The notes: generated by a model not told the origin, from the letters alone. A stretch of DNA of 64,000 bases from an uncultured Gemmatimonadales bacterium (GCA_963851265.1 CAWKNZ010000003.1:32001-96000), one strand, 5' to 3'; positions 1-10,155 are shown, counted from the first letter of the stretch. Numbers and translations: made by a program.

Positions 1-1
1 G

Positions 2-1144
2 CTCGTACTGCAGCACTTCGTTCTCGGTCGCGTCCCACTTGCCGGTGGTCGCGATGGTGACCGGGTCGACGAGTACGGCGCCCGCATCGCGGAGTGCGCG
101 GAGCGCGGCCTCCATCACGAGGTCGACGTCGGCGTGGAAGCCGAAGCTCGAGCGAAGGACGCCGATGCGCGCCCCCCGAAGCGCGCCGGCGTCGAGTCCG
201 GCCGCGTAGTCGGCAACGACGTGCGGCTGCGCGGCCACGGTGGCCGCGTCGCGCGGGTCGGCGCCGCCCGAGGCGAGCACGCCGAGCAGGGTTGCCGCGT
301 CGCGCACCGTGCGGGCCATCGGCCCGGCGGTGTCTTGCGAGTGCGCGATCGGGATCACCCCGGCGCGGCTCACCAGGCCCAACGTGGGCTTGATGCCGAC
401 GACGCCGTTGATCGCCGACGGGCAGACGATCGAGCCGTCCGTTTCGGTCCCCACGGCGATGGCGGCGAGGTTGGCCGACACGGCCGCGCCCGACCCCGAG
501 CTCGATCCGCACGGCGAGCGGTCGAGCACGTACGGGTTGCGCGTCTGGCCGCCGCGCCCGCTCCAGCCGCTCGACGACCGCGTGGAGCGGAAGTTGGCCC
601 ACTCGCTCAGATTGGTCTTGCCCAGAAGCACGGCGCCCGCGCTGCGCAGCCGCGCCGCCAGGAAGGCGTCGCGCGGCGCGGGCCGCCCGGCGAGCGCGAG
701 CGACCCGGCCGTGGTCTGCATCCGGTCGCCGGTGTCGACGTTGTCCTTGAGCAGGACCGGGATGCCGTGTAGCGGACCGCGCACGCGACCGGCGGCCCGT
801 TCCGCGTCGAGCCTGGCTGCTTCGGCGAGCGCGTCCGGGTTGACCTCGATCACCGCCGCCGTGCCCGGGCGGCCGCCGCCCGGCCGATCGACCGCTTCGA
901 TGCGCGCGAGGTAGGCTGCCGCCAGCGCCCGCGCGGTCGTCGCGCCGCTCGCCATCGCCCGCTGCAGGTCGGCCACGGTCGCCTCCTCGAACGCGAAGGG
1001 CGGCGCCGACGCGGCGGGCAGTGCGGAGCCGTCGGCGGTGCCGATCGGGGCCGGCTGCGCCACGGCCGACGCGGGCAGCGCGGCGGAGACGGCGCCGAGG
1101 GCGCCGGCAGCGGCGGTAGTACCGAGGAACGAGCGACGATTCAT
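2..1144 (-). CDS. Amidase-signature family enzyme with Tat signal peptide (3' end beyond window edge)
   Basis: Read manually on the minus strand (absent from ORF track): MNRRSFLG twin-arginine motif, then GPLHGIPVLLKDN, GKTNLSEWANFRS, CGSSSGS, VGTETDGSIVCP. Confidence 0.92.
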   Translation of the reverse strand, partial: MNRRSFLGTTAAAGALGAVSAALPASAVAQPAPIGTADGSALPAASAPPFAFEEATVADLQRAMASGATTARALAAAYLARIEAVDRPGGGRPGTAAVIEVNPDALAEAARLDAERAAGRVRGPLHGIPVLLKDNVDTGDRMQTTAGSLALAGRPAPRDAFLAARLRSAGAVLLGKTNLSEWANFRSTRSSSGWSGRGGQTRNPYVLDRSPCGSSSGSGAAVSANLAAIAVGTETDGSIVCPSAINGVVGIKPTLGLVSRAGVIPIAHSQDTAGPMARTVRDAATLLGVLASGGADPRDAATVAAQPHVVADYAAGLDAGALRGARIGVLRSSFGFHADVDLVMEAALRALRDAGAVLVDPVTIATTGKWDATENEVLQYE

Positions 1145-1324
1145 GTGCGGGGCGGGCGGAGGGCAAACGCGGAGCGGAAAGAGAACGCCCCGCATCCGAC
1201 CGCGCCACGGCGCCGCGCAGGTTGCCGGTTTGAGGGTTGCGGCCGTCGCGCGTCACGCGTCCCTGTGGCGTTCGCGCCACACACGGTGCCTGCCGTACCG
1301 GCGCCTCAAGCCCCACTCTCAGTC

Positions 1325-2140
1325 GTGTTCTCTTCCCCACTCCGAGCCACCGTGACCGGCACGGGCGACGCCGTCCTCGTGTTGGCCAACGGCGTCGGCA
1401 CGCACCAGCACACGTGGCGGCACATCGTGGCGGCGCTCGAGCACGAGTGCCGCCTCGTCCGATTCGACTATGTGGGCACGCCCGACGCCGACCTCGCCGA
1501 GTACCGGCCCGAGCGATACGACACGCTCGACGGGCACGTGGACGACGTGGTCGCGTTGCTCGACGACCTCGACGCGGCCGACGTGATCTGGGTGGGGCAC
1601 TCGGTGAGCGGGATGATCGGACTGCTCGCGGCGGCGGCGGCGCCGGAGCGCATCGGGCGCCTGGTGACGGTGTCGGCGTCGCCGCGCTACCTCGACGACG
1701 AGCCCGCGGGCTACGTCGGCGGGTTCACGCCGGAGGCGCTCGACGACGTGTTCGCGGCGACCACGGCCGACTATCACGCGTGGGCCGGCGGCTTCGGTCC
1801 GCTCGCCGTGGGCCGGGCGAACGCGCCGGATGCGGGCGAGGAGTTCGCGGCGTACCTGCGGCGTATGCGCCCCGACATCGCGCGGCAGACGCTGCGGGCG
1901 GTGTTCACGAGCGACTTCCGCGCCGTCCTCCCGCACATCGCCCAGCCGGTCACGGTGGTGCAGCCGAGTGCCGACGTCGCGGTGCCCACGGCGGTGGGGC
2001 GGTATCTCGCGGCCACGCTTCCGTCGGCGACGTATTACGAACTGCGCGCCGAGGGGCACCTACCGCATCTGACCGCGCCGGCGGAGATCATCCCGGTCTT
2101 GCGGGGCGTGCTCGCCGACGCGGCCGCCGTTCGCGCGTGA
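1325..2140 (+). CDS. RsbQ/KAI2/D14-like alpha/beta hydrolase
   Basis: FDYVG..YDTLDG, GHSVSGMIG nucleophile, SPRYLDD..YVGGF, D(VAVP) and GHLPHL triad residues. GTG start at 1325 is an estimate. Confidence 0.88.
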   Translation: MFSSPLRATVTGTGDAVLVLANGVGTHQHTWRHIVAALEHECRLVRFDYVGTPDADLAEYRPERYDTLDGHVDDVVALLDDLDAADVIWVGHSVSGMIGLLAAAAAPERIGRLVTVSASPRYLDDEPAGYVGGFTPEALDDVFAATTADYHAWAGGFGPLAVGRANAPDAGEEFAAYLRRMRPDIARQTLRAVFTSDFRAVLPHIAQPVTVVQPSADVAVPTAVGRYLAATLPSATYYELRAEGHLPHLTAPAEIIPVLRGVLADAAAVRA

Positions 2141-5100
2141 ACGCCTCGATTGCCAGCGCGGCCCAGGCGTCGCACGCGCTCTCGGCCCTCGACGCGCTCA
2201 CCGGGGCCGTGCGCGACCTGCTCGGCGCCGACGTGGTGCTCGCGTTCGGGTGGAGCGACGATCGGACCGCGCGCGTGCGCGCCGCGGCTCCCGCGCTGCC
2301 GGCAGGCGGCGCGCCCGTCGCGTGGCCCGCCACCCTGACGCTCGCGCGCCCGCCGATCGCCGCGCGTGGCGGCGTGCACGTCGAGCTCGACGTTCCGCGG
2401 CGGCTCGTGTCGAACGCGCTTCGCCTCGCGCTGCCCGTGCCGGCCCGTGCTGCCCTCGTGGTCACCGCCGGCGCGCCGGACGGCATCGCCGACGATGCGT
2501 CGCCGGGCGGACTGCTGGCGATCTGGCACACGGCGCGGCTGGACGCGACGGACGCGGCGTCCCTCGGAAGCCGGGTGGCCGGACTGCGCCCCGCCCTCGC
2601 GCGCGCACTCGCCGAGGACGGCGCGGAACTGGCGCACGACCGGCTCGCTGCGCGGCTCGCGGCGGTGATGACGACGAGCGCGCAGGCGATCGTCTTCGTC
2701 GACGCGGCCGCGGGGACGATGGTGAACGCAGCCGCCGCGCGCCTGCTCGGACTCGGGCCCGGCGCGGCCGACACCGCGCACGTGGCCGAGCGCATGGCCG
2801 CGCTGCGCGCGCGGGCGGTGAACGCGGACGAGCTGGAAGCCGACGCACGCCGCCTCGTCACCGACCCCGACGCGCGGCTGGAGCACTGGAGCTGGACCTT
2901 CGACGCGCCGGAACGACTGCACCTGCGTGTCGCCTCGGTGCCGGTGGCGCGCGGCCAGTCGCCGGCGTCCACCGGCCGACTCTGGACGTTCGACGACGTC
3001 ACGCGGGAGGTCGAGGGGCAGCGCGCCGCGCGCGCGAGCGAGGCGCGCTTCCGGGCGGCGATGGACGCCTCGCCGGACGCGTGCTTCCTGCTCGAGTCGG
3101 TCGGGGGCGCCGACGGTGGCGTCGACGATTTCGTGTTCATCAAGGCGAACGCGGGCGCCGGCGCGCTGTTAGGCATGCCCGCCGAGGGGCTCGTCGGCAA
3201 GCGCATGTGCGAGACATTCCCGACGGTGCGCGGCAGCGAGCTGTTCGCCCGCTATGCGGCGGTCGCGACGACTCGCGTGATATACGAGGGCGAGTACCGA
3301 ACGCGCGACCCGCGGACCGCCGCGGCGTGGCTCTCGCTGCAGGTCGTGCCGGTGGTCGGGACGGACGCCGCGGGGAGCGGGATCGCGATCACGGCGCGCG
3401 ACGTCACGGCGGCCAAACGGGCCGAGGCGGAGGCGCGGCTGGTGCACGACGTCACGCGCGTCGTGGGCACGGCGTCCGACGCGCGGGAGGCGCTCCGGGC
3501 GGCGCTGGCCGCCATGTGCACGTCCACCGGTTTCGTGTACGGCGAAGCGTGGGTGGCGGAGACGGTGGGGCACGACGACGCGACGCGGACCGGTCCGACA
3601 ATGGTGCAGGGCCCCGTCTGGCACGCCCCGGACGACGAACGCCTGCGCGCCTTCGCCACCGCGTCCGCCGCCTACACGTTCCGCCCGAGCCAGGGCCTAC
3701 CCGGGCAGGTAGTCGCCGCGGGCGCTCCGGTGTGGCTTCCCGACATCACCGACCCGCATGCGGAATTTCAGCGCGCGGCCCTGGCGCGGCGCACGGGAAT
3801 TCGCCGCAGCTTCGCCATCCCGGTGATGGCCGACCGGAGCCTCGTCGCCGTCCTCGCGTTCTACTCGCGGGAGGCGGGCGAGTGCGGTCGGGCGGAGCGC
3901 GACCTGCTGGAGGCCGTCGGCGCGCAGGTCGGGCCGGTGGTGCGGCAGAAGCTGGCCGAAGCCGCACTGCGCGAGCGCGAGGCCGAACTGCGCGCCCTGT
4001 TCGCGGCCATGCGCGACGTCGTGCTCGTGTTCGACGCCGACGGCACGTACCTGCGGGTAATGCCCACGATGCCGGCGCGCGCCCTCCAGCCGGTCCAGGG
4101 TGTGGTGGGGCAACGCGTGCACGACGTGCTGCCGACCGACGTCGCGGACCAGATCCTTGCGACCGTGCGCCGCGTGATCGCGACGGGCACCGCGCAGCAC
4201 CTCGATTACACGATGGACGCGCCCGGCGGCCCACGGTGGATCGCCGCGACGGGTTCGCCGCTCGGCCGCGACGCCGTGCTCTGGGTGGCGCGCGACGTCA
4301 CGGTTCAGAAGTCTGCCGAGGCCGCCGTGCGTCAGAGCGAGTCGCGCTACCGCGGCGTGCTCGAAAACCTGAGCAGCTTCGCGGTGCAACTCGACCGGGC
4401 GGGGCGGATCACATTCGTGAACGACGCGCTGCTGGCGGCTACCGGCTGGACGCGCGACGAGGCGCACGGCGCGGACTACTTCGCGCGCTTCATCCCCGAC
4501 GAACACGGCCTCGGCGCGGCGTTCGCGAGGACCGTAGGGCTCGGTCGGGCCGACGGCGTGCCCGCACACTACGAGCACGAGATCCTCACGCGGGACGGAA
4601 GGCGCCGCCTCGTGGCGTGGGACACCGCGGTGCTGCGCGACAACGCAGGGCAGGTCGAGGGTGTGTCGAGCGTGGGTCGCGACGTGACCGACGAGCGCCA
4701 CCTCGCGGCCGAGCGCGAACGTCTCGTGCGCGCGCTCGAAGACTTGGCCGAGCAGGACGATCTCACGGGACTCCTCAACCGCCGGGGGTTCGTGCGCATG
4801 GCCACGCAGGAGCGCAAGAGCGCGGCGCGCACGGGGCGGCTGGACGGCGTGTGCTACGTCGATCTCGACCGCTTCAAGCCGATCAACGACACGTACGGGC
4901 ACGCGGCGGGCGACGCCGCGCTGCGTGCGGTCGCGCGCGTGCTGCGCGACACCATGCGCGGCGCCGATTTCTGCGCGCGGCTGGGCGGCGACGAGTTCGC
5001 GGTGTACGCACTGGGGATCACGGCGGCGGGAGGCACACAGGTGCTGGCCGACCGGCTGCGCGGCGCCCTGGCCGCACACAACGTGGCCGCAACCGCCGCG

Positions 5101-5238
5101 GGGCGGCCGTACGAGCTCGCGTTCAGCGTGGGGGTCGCCGAGTTCACCGGTGGCGAGCAGCTCGACGAGGTGTTGGCGCGGGCCGACGGCGCGCTCTACG
5201 CGGCGAAACGCTCCCGGGTCACGCTCGCCAGGTCATGA
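2137..5238 (+). CDS. Multi-PAS/GAF sensor diguanylate cyclase
   Basis: GTG overlaps the upstream TGA (GTGA). Four PAS-like repeats ending DDVT/RDVT and a GAF (QGLPGQVV); DDLTGLLNRR, DLDRFKPINDTYGH; RGAD I-site and GGDEF. Confidence 0.92.
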   Translation: MNASIASAAQASHALSALDALTGAVRDLLGADVVLAFGWSDDRTARVRAAAPALPAGGAPVAWPATLTLARPPIAARGGVHVELDVPRRLVSNALRLALPVPARAALVVTAGAPDGIADDASPGGLLAIWHTARLDATDAASLGSRVAGLRPALARALAEDGAELAHDRLAARLAAVMTTSAQAIVFVDAAAGTMVNAAAARLLGLGPGAADTAHVAERMAALRARAVNADELEADARRLVTDPDARLEHWSWTFDAPERLHLRVASVPVARGQSPASTGRLWTFDDVTREVEGQRAARASEARFRAAMDASPDACFLLESVGGADGGVDDFVFIKANAGAGALLGMPAEGLVGKRMCETFPTVRGSELFARYAAVATTRVIYEGEYRTRDPRTAAAWLSLQVVPVVGTDAAGSGIAITARDVTAAKRAEAEARLVHDVTRVVGTASDAREALRAALAAMCTSTGFVYGEAWVAETVGHDDATRTGPTMVQGPVWHAPDDERLRAFATASAAYTFRPSQGLPGQVVAAGAPVWLPDITDPHAEFQRAALARRTGIRRSFAIPVMADRSLVAVLAFYSREAGECGRAERDLLEAVGAQVGPVVRQKLAEAALREREAELRALFAAMRDVVLVFDADGTYLRVMPTMPARALQPVQGVVGQRVHDVLPTDVADQILATVRRVIATGTAQHLDYTMDAPGGPRWIAATGSPLGRDAVLWVARDVTVQKSAEAAVRQSESRYRGVLENLSSFAVQLDRAGRITFVNDALLAATGWTRDEAHGADYFARFIPDEHGLGAAFARTVGLGRADGVPAHYEHEILTRDGRRRLVAWDTAVLRDNAGQVEGVSSVGRDVTDERHLAAERERLVRALEDLAEQDDLTGLLNRRGFVRMATQERKSAARTGRLDGVCYVDLDRFKPINDTYGHAAGDAALRAVARVLRDTMRGADFCARLGGDEFAVYALGITAAGGTQVLADRLRGALAAHNVAATAAGRPYELAFSVGVAEFTGGEQLDEVLARADGALYAAKRSRVTLARS

Positions 5239-5830
5239 ACCAGTCGCGCTGCGTTTCGGCGCCCATGGTGAACGTGCCCGGGCCGGCGACGACGAAGCCG
5301 TACCGGGTGTAGAACGACACCGCGCGGGCATTCGCCTGATAGACGGCGAGCCAGAGCGGGTCGGCGCCCCCGGGTTCGGCTTGCGCGCGCGCCTGCACCG
5401 CCCGCAGCAGTGCGGGACCGACGCCGCGCCCGTGCCACGCGTGGTCGACGTAGAGGCGCGCGAGCTCGCGCGGGTGTGCGCCGGCGCACGCCGCCGGTGG
5501 GGCGGCGTCCGCGTGCGGGCGAAGGCGGAGCTGTGCGTACCCGGCCCACTCCGCAGCTGCGGCGCTCTCGACGTCGGCGATCATCGTGACGAGCGCCGGG
5601 TCGGCGAGTTCGACGCGCTGCCGCTCGGGCGTGAAGTGGGTGCGTACGTACGCGGCCACGTCCTCGGGGCGGCTGTTGGCGACAGGACCGACGCCCCCGC
5701 GCGCGTAGGTGGTCGTGAACGTGCGCGCGGCGAACTCGGCGAGGTCCGCCGCGTCGGACGGCGTGGCGACCCGCACGCGGACCGGGGCGTTGGCCGAGCA
5801 TGGCGCGGTCTGTGCCGTTTCTACGCGCAT
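5219..5830 (-). CDS. GNAT N-acetyltransferase (PaiA-like)
   Basis: ELARLYV, HGRGVG acetyl-CoA loop, LWLAVYQANARAVSFYTRYGF. Start uncertain. Confidence 0.88.
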   Translation of the reverse strand: MRVETAQTAPCSANAPVRVRVATPSDAADLAEFAARTFTTTYARGGVGPVANSRPEDVAAYVRTHFTPERQRVELADPALVTMIADVESAAAAEWAGYAQLRLRPHADAAPPAACAGAHPRELARLYVDHAWHGRGVGPALLRAVQARAQAEPGGADPLWLAVYQANARAVSFYTRYGFVVAGPGTFTMGAETQRDWFMTWRA

Positions 5831-5853
5831 ACCCTTCCGATTCGAGAGGTCAG

Positions 5854-6216
5854 ATGACACGTTCGCTCGCCGCCGCACTGATCGCGGCCGCCGCCCTCGC
5901 CGTGCCTGCACGCCGCGCCGCCGCCCAGACCGTGAAGGAGGACGTCAATACGGGCGCCCACGCCGTCGGCAGCACCGCGTCGAAGATCGGCAAGGGCACC
6001 GCGAAGGTCGCCGTCAAAGCCGCCGACGCGACGGCGGACGAGGGCAAGAAGATCGGGAAAGGCACGGCGAAGGTCGCGGTCACGGCGGCCGATGCGACAG
6101 CCGACGAGGGCAAGAAGGTGGGTACGTACGTCAAGCACCGCGTGAGCAAGCCGCACCGGAAGTCTGCGGCCGCACGTCGCGCCGCCGCGGCCAGGGCCGA
6201 CTCGACACGCCGCTGA
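5854..6216 (+). CDS. Small secreted Lys/Ala-rich protein with 22-aa tandem repeat
   Basis: GAGAGG before ATG; signal peptide ending AAA-Q; KIGKGTAKVAV(K/T)AADATADEGK twice. Confidence 0.75.
   Translation: MTRSLAAALIAAAALAVPARRAAAQTVKEDVNTGAHAVGSTASKIGKGTAKVAVKAADATADEGKKIGKGTAKVAVTAADATADEGKKVGTYVKHRVSKPHRKSAAARRAAAARADSTRR
5983..6123 (+). repeat. 66-bp imperfect coding tandem repeat (2 copies plus start of a third)
   Basis: Units 5983-6048 and 6049-6114 differ mostly at synonymous positions. Confidence 0.85.
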
Positions 6217-6258
6217 TCGCCCGCGCGTCGAAACCGGCGCGTCGCCGCCCGCAGGCGG

Positions 6259-6684
6259 TCAGCCGCGGGACGACCTCCACGGCCGGCCGCCGCCCGCGGG
6301 ACATCGATACACGAGCCCTTCGAGCCCGCCCGCGCCCTGCAGCTGCCACGCTTCTTCGCGCGGGTGCGGCTGGACAGTGAGCAGCGTCCCGTCGCTGAAC
6401 GCGATCTCGACCGCGCCGCTCTCGGCCACGTCCAGCGCCTCGACGCGGCGCCCGACGAGGGTCAGGAGGGGCGCGAGTCGTTCCGGCTCCGCGGGGTCGA
6501 CGCGACGTGCCTCGCCGTCCGCCTGCTGAAGGGTGAACGGCACCCCGACGCGCAGCTCGATCGCGTCGTGCAGCGAGTAGGTGAGCAGCCGCATCGCGCG
6601 CAACTCCACGAGCAGCTGCGTCACGCGATGTTCGTCGAGCAGAAGGACGTGCCCACCAGGGCGTTCGTCGAGCGTCGCAGACAT
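6259..6684 (-). CDS. DUF6188-like hypothetical protein
   Basis: PFTL..DP..LAPLLTLVGRRV..G.VEIAFSDGTLLTVQPHPREEAWQL..CPAGGG pattern. Confidence 0.7.
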   Translation of the reverse strand: MSATLDERPGGHVLLLDEHRVTQLLVELRAMRLLTYSLHDAIELRVGVPFTLQQADGEARRVDPAEPERLAPLLTLVGRRVEALDVAESGAVEIAFSDGTLLTVQPHPREEAWQLQGAGGLEGLVYRCPAGGGRPWRSSRG

Positions 6685-6739
6685 GCTCGCAAGGTAGCCG
6701 CGGCGTCGAGCCCTCCCGCGGTCGCTCGGCCCCGCTCCG

Positions 6740-7798
6740 TCAGCGCGCATGTGCGGCGAAGTAGGTGAGGAGCCAGCGGGAGAGAGGCACCCGGGGCGCG
6801 GGACGCGGAGCAAGCAGCCAGGGCCGGCGGCCGCCCGGCCACGCGTGCGCGTTCCCGTGGACGAGGAGCTGCGCCGCCACGAGCGAGTCCGGACACCCCG
6901 CGTACGCGTCGGCCGTGACGCGCGCCGCCGCCCGCCGCACGACGGGGCCGGCGCAGGCATTCCGACGCCCCCAGAACGCGAGCGCCGCGCGCATCGACTC
7001 CGCGGCGCGGTACGGACCGCCCTGGCCGCGGTTCTCGGCGAGGTCGGCGCGCAACTCGGCGTCCTCACCGCCGCGCACGAGCCACACCGGCGTGGGCCGC
7101 GGGGCCGCACACGGCGCGTCTGGCATCGTTCCTTCGACGCTCGCGACGGCGGCGACGAGGTCCGGGCGGTTGCAGGCAATCATCAGTGCGAGCGTGCCGC
7201 CGATCGAGAAGCCGGCCGCATACACGCGGCGGCGGTCGACCGACCCCTCCGCGACGAGGGTGCGCACCACGGCCGCGGCAAAAGCCACGTCGTCCACCCG
7301 GTCGGACGACGCGGGGGCGCAGCACGCGCCGACGTTCCACGTGCGTGAAAGACCGCCGAGCGCGTCACCGACGAGCGGCAGGCGGGCGACGGTCGGCCAG
7401 CGCGACACGCCGTCCGGATAGGCGACGAGCACGCGCGCCCGGTCGGCCGCGTCGTCGAGACCCGATTCGTACTCGAGCGTGCGCCCGGTCGCCGTGTGGC
7501 CGTGGAAGGCGAGGACGAGGGGGAGTGGCTGCTCGGGGTCCCACGCCGCGGGGTGGTGCAGCCGATAGCTGCGCACGCGCCCGCCGACCGTGAGCGTGCG
7601 CGTCTCGGTGCGCGGCGCCCCGACGACGAGGGCCGGCCAGAGCACGCGTAGCGCGAGCGCGAATGCGGCCGCGCCGACGACGACCCACGCCGCGGCGCGC
7701 ACGCGGCGCGCCCAGACGTCGGCGCGCCGGCGGCCGCCGTGCCGGCGGTCGGCGGCACGGCGGTCGGGCGCGGCGGGCCGAGGCTCGACGGACGTCAT
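6740..7798 (-). CDS. LpqC/PHB-depolymerase-like esterase, membrane-anchored or secreted
   Basis: N-terminal TM; PLVLAFHG, VAYPDG, WNVGACC, VDDVAF, GFSIGG nucleophile, HAWPGG. Confidence 0.85.
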   Translation of the reverse strand: MTSVEPRPAAPDRRAADRRHGGRRRADVWARRVRAAAWVVVGAAAFALALRVLWPALVVGAPRTETRTLTVGGRVRSYRLHHPAAWDPEQPLPLVLAFHGHTATGRTLEYESGLDDAADRARVLVAYPDGVSRWPTVARLPLVGDALGGLSRTWNVGACCAPASSDRVDDVAFAAAVVRTLVAEGSVDRRRVYAAGFSIGGTLALMIACNRPDLVAAVASVEGTMPDAPCAAPRPTPVWLVRGGEDAELRADLAENRGQGGPYRAAESMRAALAFWGRRNACAGPVVRRAAARVTADAYAGCPDSLVAAQLLVHGNAHAWPGGRRPWLLAPRPAPRVPLSRWLLTYFAAHAR

Positions 7799-7910
7799 TG
7801 GGCGGTGGACACGGCCCGGCGCTGGTGCAAGCGCGGTGCGAGCGCGGCGGCGCGTTAGGCCATGCCCGTCTCCGCCGGCGCAGCCGGGGTGCTACGCCGC
7901 CCGCGGGGCG

Positions 7911-7936
7911 TAAACGTTCGGGGGGATCGGGACGTC
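7911..7936 (+). promoter_or_regulatory. Candidate ECF sigma promoter TAAACG-N16-CGT upstream of the small OMP
   Basis: TAAACG TTCGGGGGGATCGGGA CGTC; one of five equally spaced copies. Confidence 0.7.
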
Positions 7937-8132
7937 CAACCTGTACACGCCGTTCACAACGCCGCCCGCATCGAGGCTCCGTCATGCGCCGTCACCCGCA
8001 CTCGCCGTCCGCCGTCCGCCGCGCCGTGCCGCCGACCCTTCCGCGGCTGTGGCTCGCGTCCGCGGTGTGCGAGGCCGCGGTGGCGCTCGGGGCCGCGGGC
8101 GCGTTCTTCGTCACACACAGCACATTTTTCCG

Positions 8133-8750
8133 ATGAATCGACTTGCTGCAGTCGCGCTCGTCACGGCTGCCGGCGCGCTCGCCGCGGCGCCGGCAGCCGC
8201 ACACGCCCAGTTCGGGACCGGCCGTACCAGTCCGCTGTCGTTCGGCGTCGAGGGCGGGCTCTCGGTGCCCGCCGGCAACCTCGGCGACAACCTGAACTCC
8301 GGCTACTCCGTGGCCGGCATGGTCGACCTGCACCCCGCACCCGGGCCGCTGTCGCTCCGCCTCGAGGTCGGCTACGACCGCTTCAACTACAAGGACGCGT
8401 ACCAGACGTACGTCGCGCAGATCGCGGGCGGCAACTACTCGTCCAACACGCACTTCCTGCGCGGCACGGCGAACCTCGTCTACCGGTTCTCGAACATGAG
8501 CGGGTTCCGCCCGTACCTCACGGGCGGCGTCGGGGTGTACAACAACAGCGACGGGACCACGCTCCAGTACGGGAACACGACCACCTCGTACAGCTCGGGG
8601 TCGACGACCAAGTTCGGCGTCAACGGCGGCGTGGGGGTCGAGCTGCCGCTCTCGGGGATCACGCCGTTCATCGAGGTGCGCGCGCACGGCGTTCAGACCG
8701 ACTACACGCCGGTGACGTACGTGCCCATCACGGTCGGCTTCCGCTTCTGA
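8133..8750 (+). CDS. Small outer-membrane beta-barrel protein (OmpA-TM/opacity-like)
   Basis: Signal peptide AHA-Q; alternating strands, RPYLTGGVG, C-terminal VGFRF. Confidence 0.88.
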   Translation: MNRLAAVALVTAAGALAAAPAAAHAQFGTGRTSPLSFGVEGGLSVPAGNLGDNLNSGYSVAGMVDLHPAPGPLSLRLEVGYDRFNYKDAYQTYVAQIAGGNYSSNTHFLRGTANLVYRFSNMSGFRPYLTGGVGVYNNSDGTTLQYGNTTTSYSSGSTTKFGVNGGVGVELPLSGITPFIEVRAHGVQTDYTPVTYVPITVGFRF

Positions 8751-8790
8751 GCGGTCGCCGCCCCGCGCCGTCGGGCGGACCGGCCGGCGC

Positions 8791-10155
8791 CTAACGCGCC
8801 GGCCGGTCCGCCCGGGCGGGGAGCGTCAGGGTGAACGCCGCCCCGCCCTGCGGCGCGGCGCCCGCGGTGAGGTCGCCGCCCAGCGCGCGCGCGACCCGCC
8901 GCGCGGCGGCGAGTCCGACGCCCGCGCCCGCGATGTGTCGCGTGCCCGCGAGCCGCACGGACTCGGCGAACACGCGCTCGTACGCGTCGGGGGGCACGCC
9001 GGGGCCGCTATCGTGCACGGCGAGCCAGCATCCGCCGTCCGGGCCCGGGCCACCGGCGACCTCCACCCGTCCGCCGGCTGGCGTGTACTTGCACGCGTTG
9101 GACAGGAGGTTGCCGAGCACCTGGTGTACGCGGGCAGGGTCGGTGTCTACCCAGCACGGCACGCCGTCGGGGGAGCCGACGCTGCAGGTCAGCGAGAGCC
9201 CCGCGCGGGCCGCGAGGGCGGCGTGTTCGGCGACCGCGTCCCGCGCCAGCGTTTCGAGCGACACGCGGTCCGGGCGTACGGCCAGCCCCCCACCCTCGGC
9301 CATCGCGACCGCGAGCATGTCGTCGACCCCGCCGAGCGTGGCCGTGATGAGCCGATGGCTGCGCGCGAGCGAGTCGGCCTGGCGCGCGTTGACCGGTCCA
9401 AGCAGCCCGTCGGCGACGAGCTCGATGTGCCCGCGAGCGGCGGCGAGCGGATTCCGCAGGTCGTGCGTCACGCCGCGCAGAACGGCCGCGCGCTCGGTGT
9501 GCGCGGTCTCCAACTCGCGGCGCTGCGATTCGGCGAGCGCGGCGAGGCGCGCGGTGCGCAGGCCCGCGCGCGCGAGCATGAGGACGCCCAGGACGGCCAG
9601 GCCGACGAGCACGGCGTCCGTCATCACCTCCGTGTTCCGGGCCCGCGCGATGGCCCGCGTCTCGTGCTCGGTGTAGCCCGAGAGCGCGCCGTCGAGCCCT
9701 TCGGCTGCGTCGAGGGCGGCGAGGCCGCGCGTGTCGACGTGCCCCTCGTGCCAGGCCGCGACGGTCCTCCGGAGGGTGTCGGCGGAGGCGCGGATCCGCT
9801 CGTCGGTGAGCGGCGCGACGAGCGAGTCGACGGCGCGGATGTCGGCCGAGACCGTCGCGTGCGCGAGTCGCCCGCGTTCGCTCGCGTTGGGACCCATCAC
9901 CCGCGCGCCCGTGGCGGCTTCGTACAACTCGACGCCGATTCCCGCCTCGAGATCGTTCACCGCCACGCGGGCGGGGGCGACGTGTTCGGTGAGGCGCCGC
10001 CGCGCCTGGAACGGTCCCACCGACGTCACCAGCGGCACGAGGGCCAGCGCGGCGAGCAGGACGATGACGGTGGCGAACGGAATCCAGAGGGCGCCGGAGC
10101 CGACGGGCCCGGTCGACGCGGGTTCGTGCGTCACGTCGCGCGTCGAGCCGGGCAT
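8791..10155 (-). CDS. Membrane sensor histidine kinase (orphan)
   Basis: Two TM segments; HDLRNPL, NLLSNACKY, DSGPGV, GAGVGL. Confidence 0.9.
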   Translation of the reverse strand: MPGSTRDVTHEPASTGPVGSGALWIPFATVIVLLAALALVPLVTSVGPFQARRRLTEHVAPARVAVNDLEAGIGVELYEAATGARVMGPNASERGRLAHATVSADIRAVDSLVAPLTDERIRASADTLRRTVAAWHEGHVDTRGLAALDAAEGLDGALSGYTEHETRAIARARNTEVMTDAVLVGLAVLGVLMLARAGLRTARLAALAESQRRELETAHTERAAVLRGVTHDLRNPLAAARGHIELVADGLLGPVNARQADSLARSHRLITATLGGVDDMLAVAMAEGGGLAVRPDRVSLETLARDAVAEHAALAARAGLSLTCSVGSPDGVPCWVDTDPARVHQVLGNLLSNACKYTPAGGRVEVAGGPGPDGGCWLAVHDSGPGVPPDAYERVFAESVRLAGTRHIAGAGVGLAAARRVARALGGDLTAGAAPQGGAAFTLTLPARADRPAR

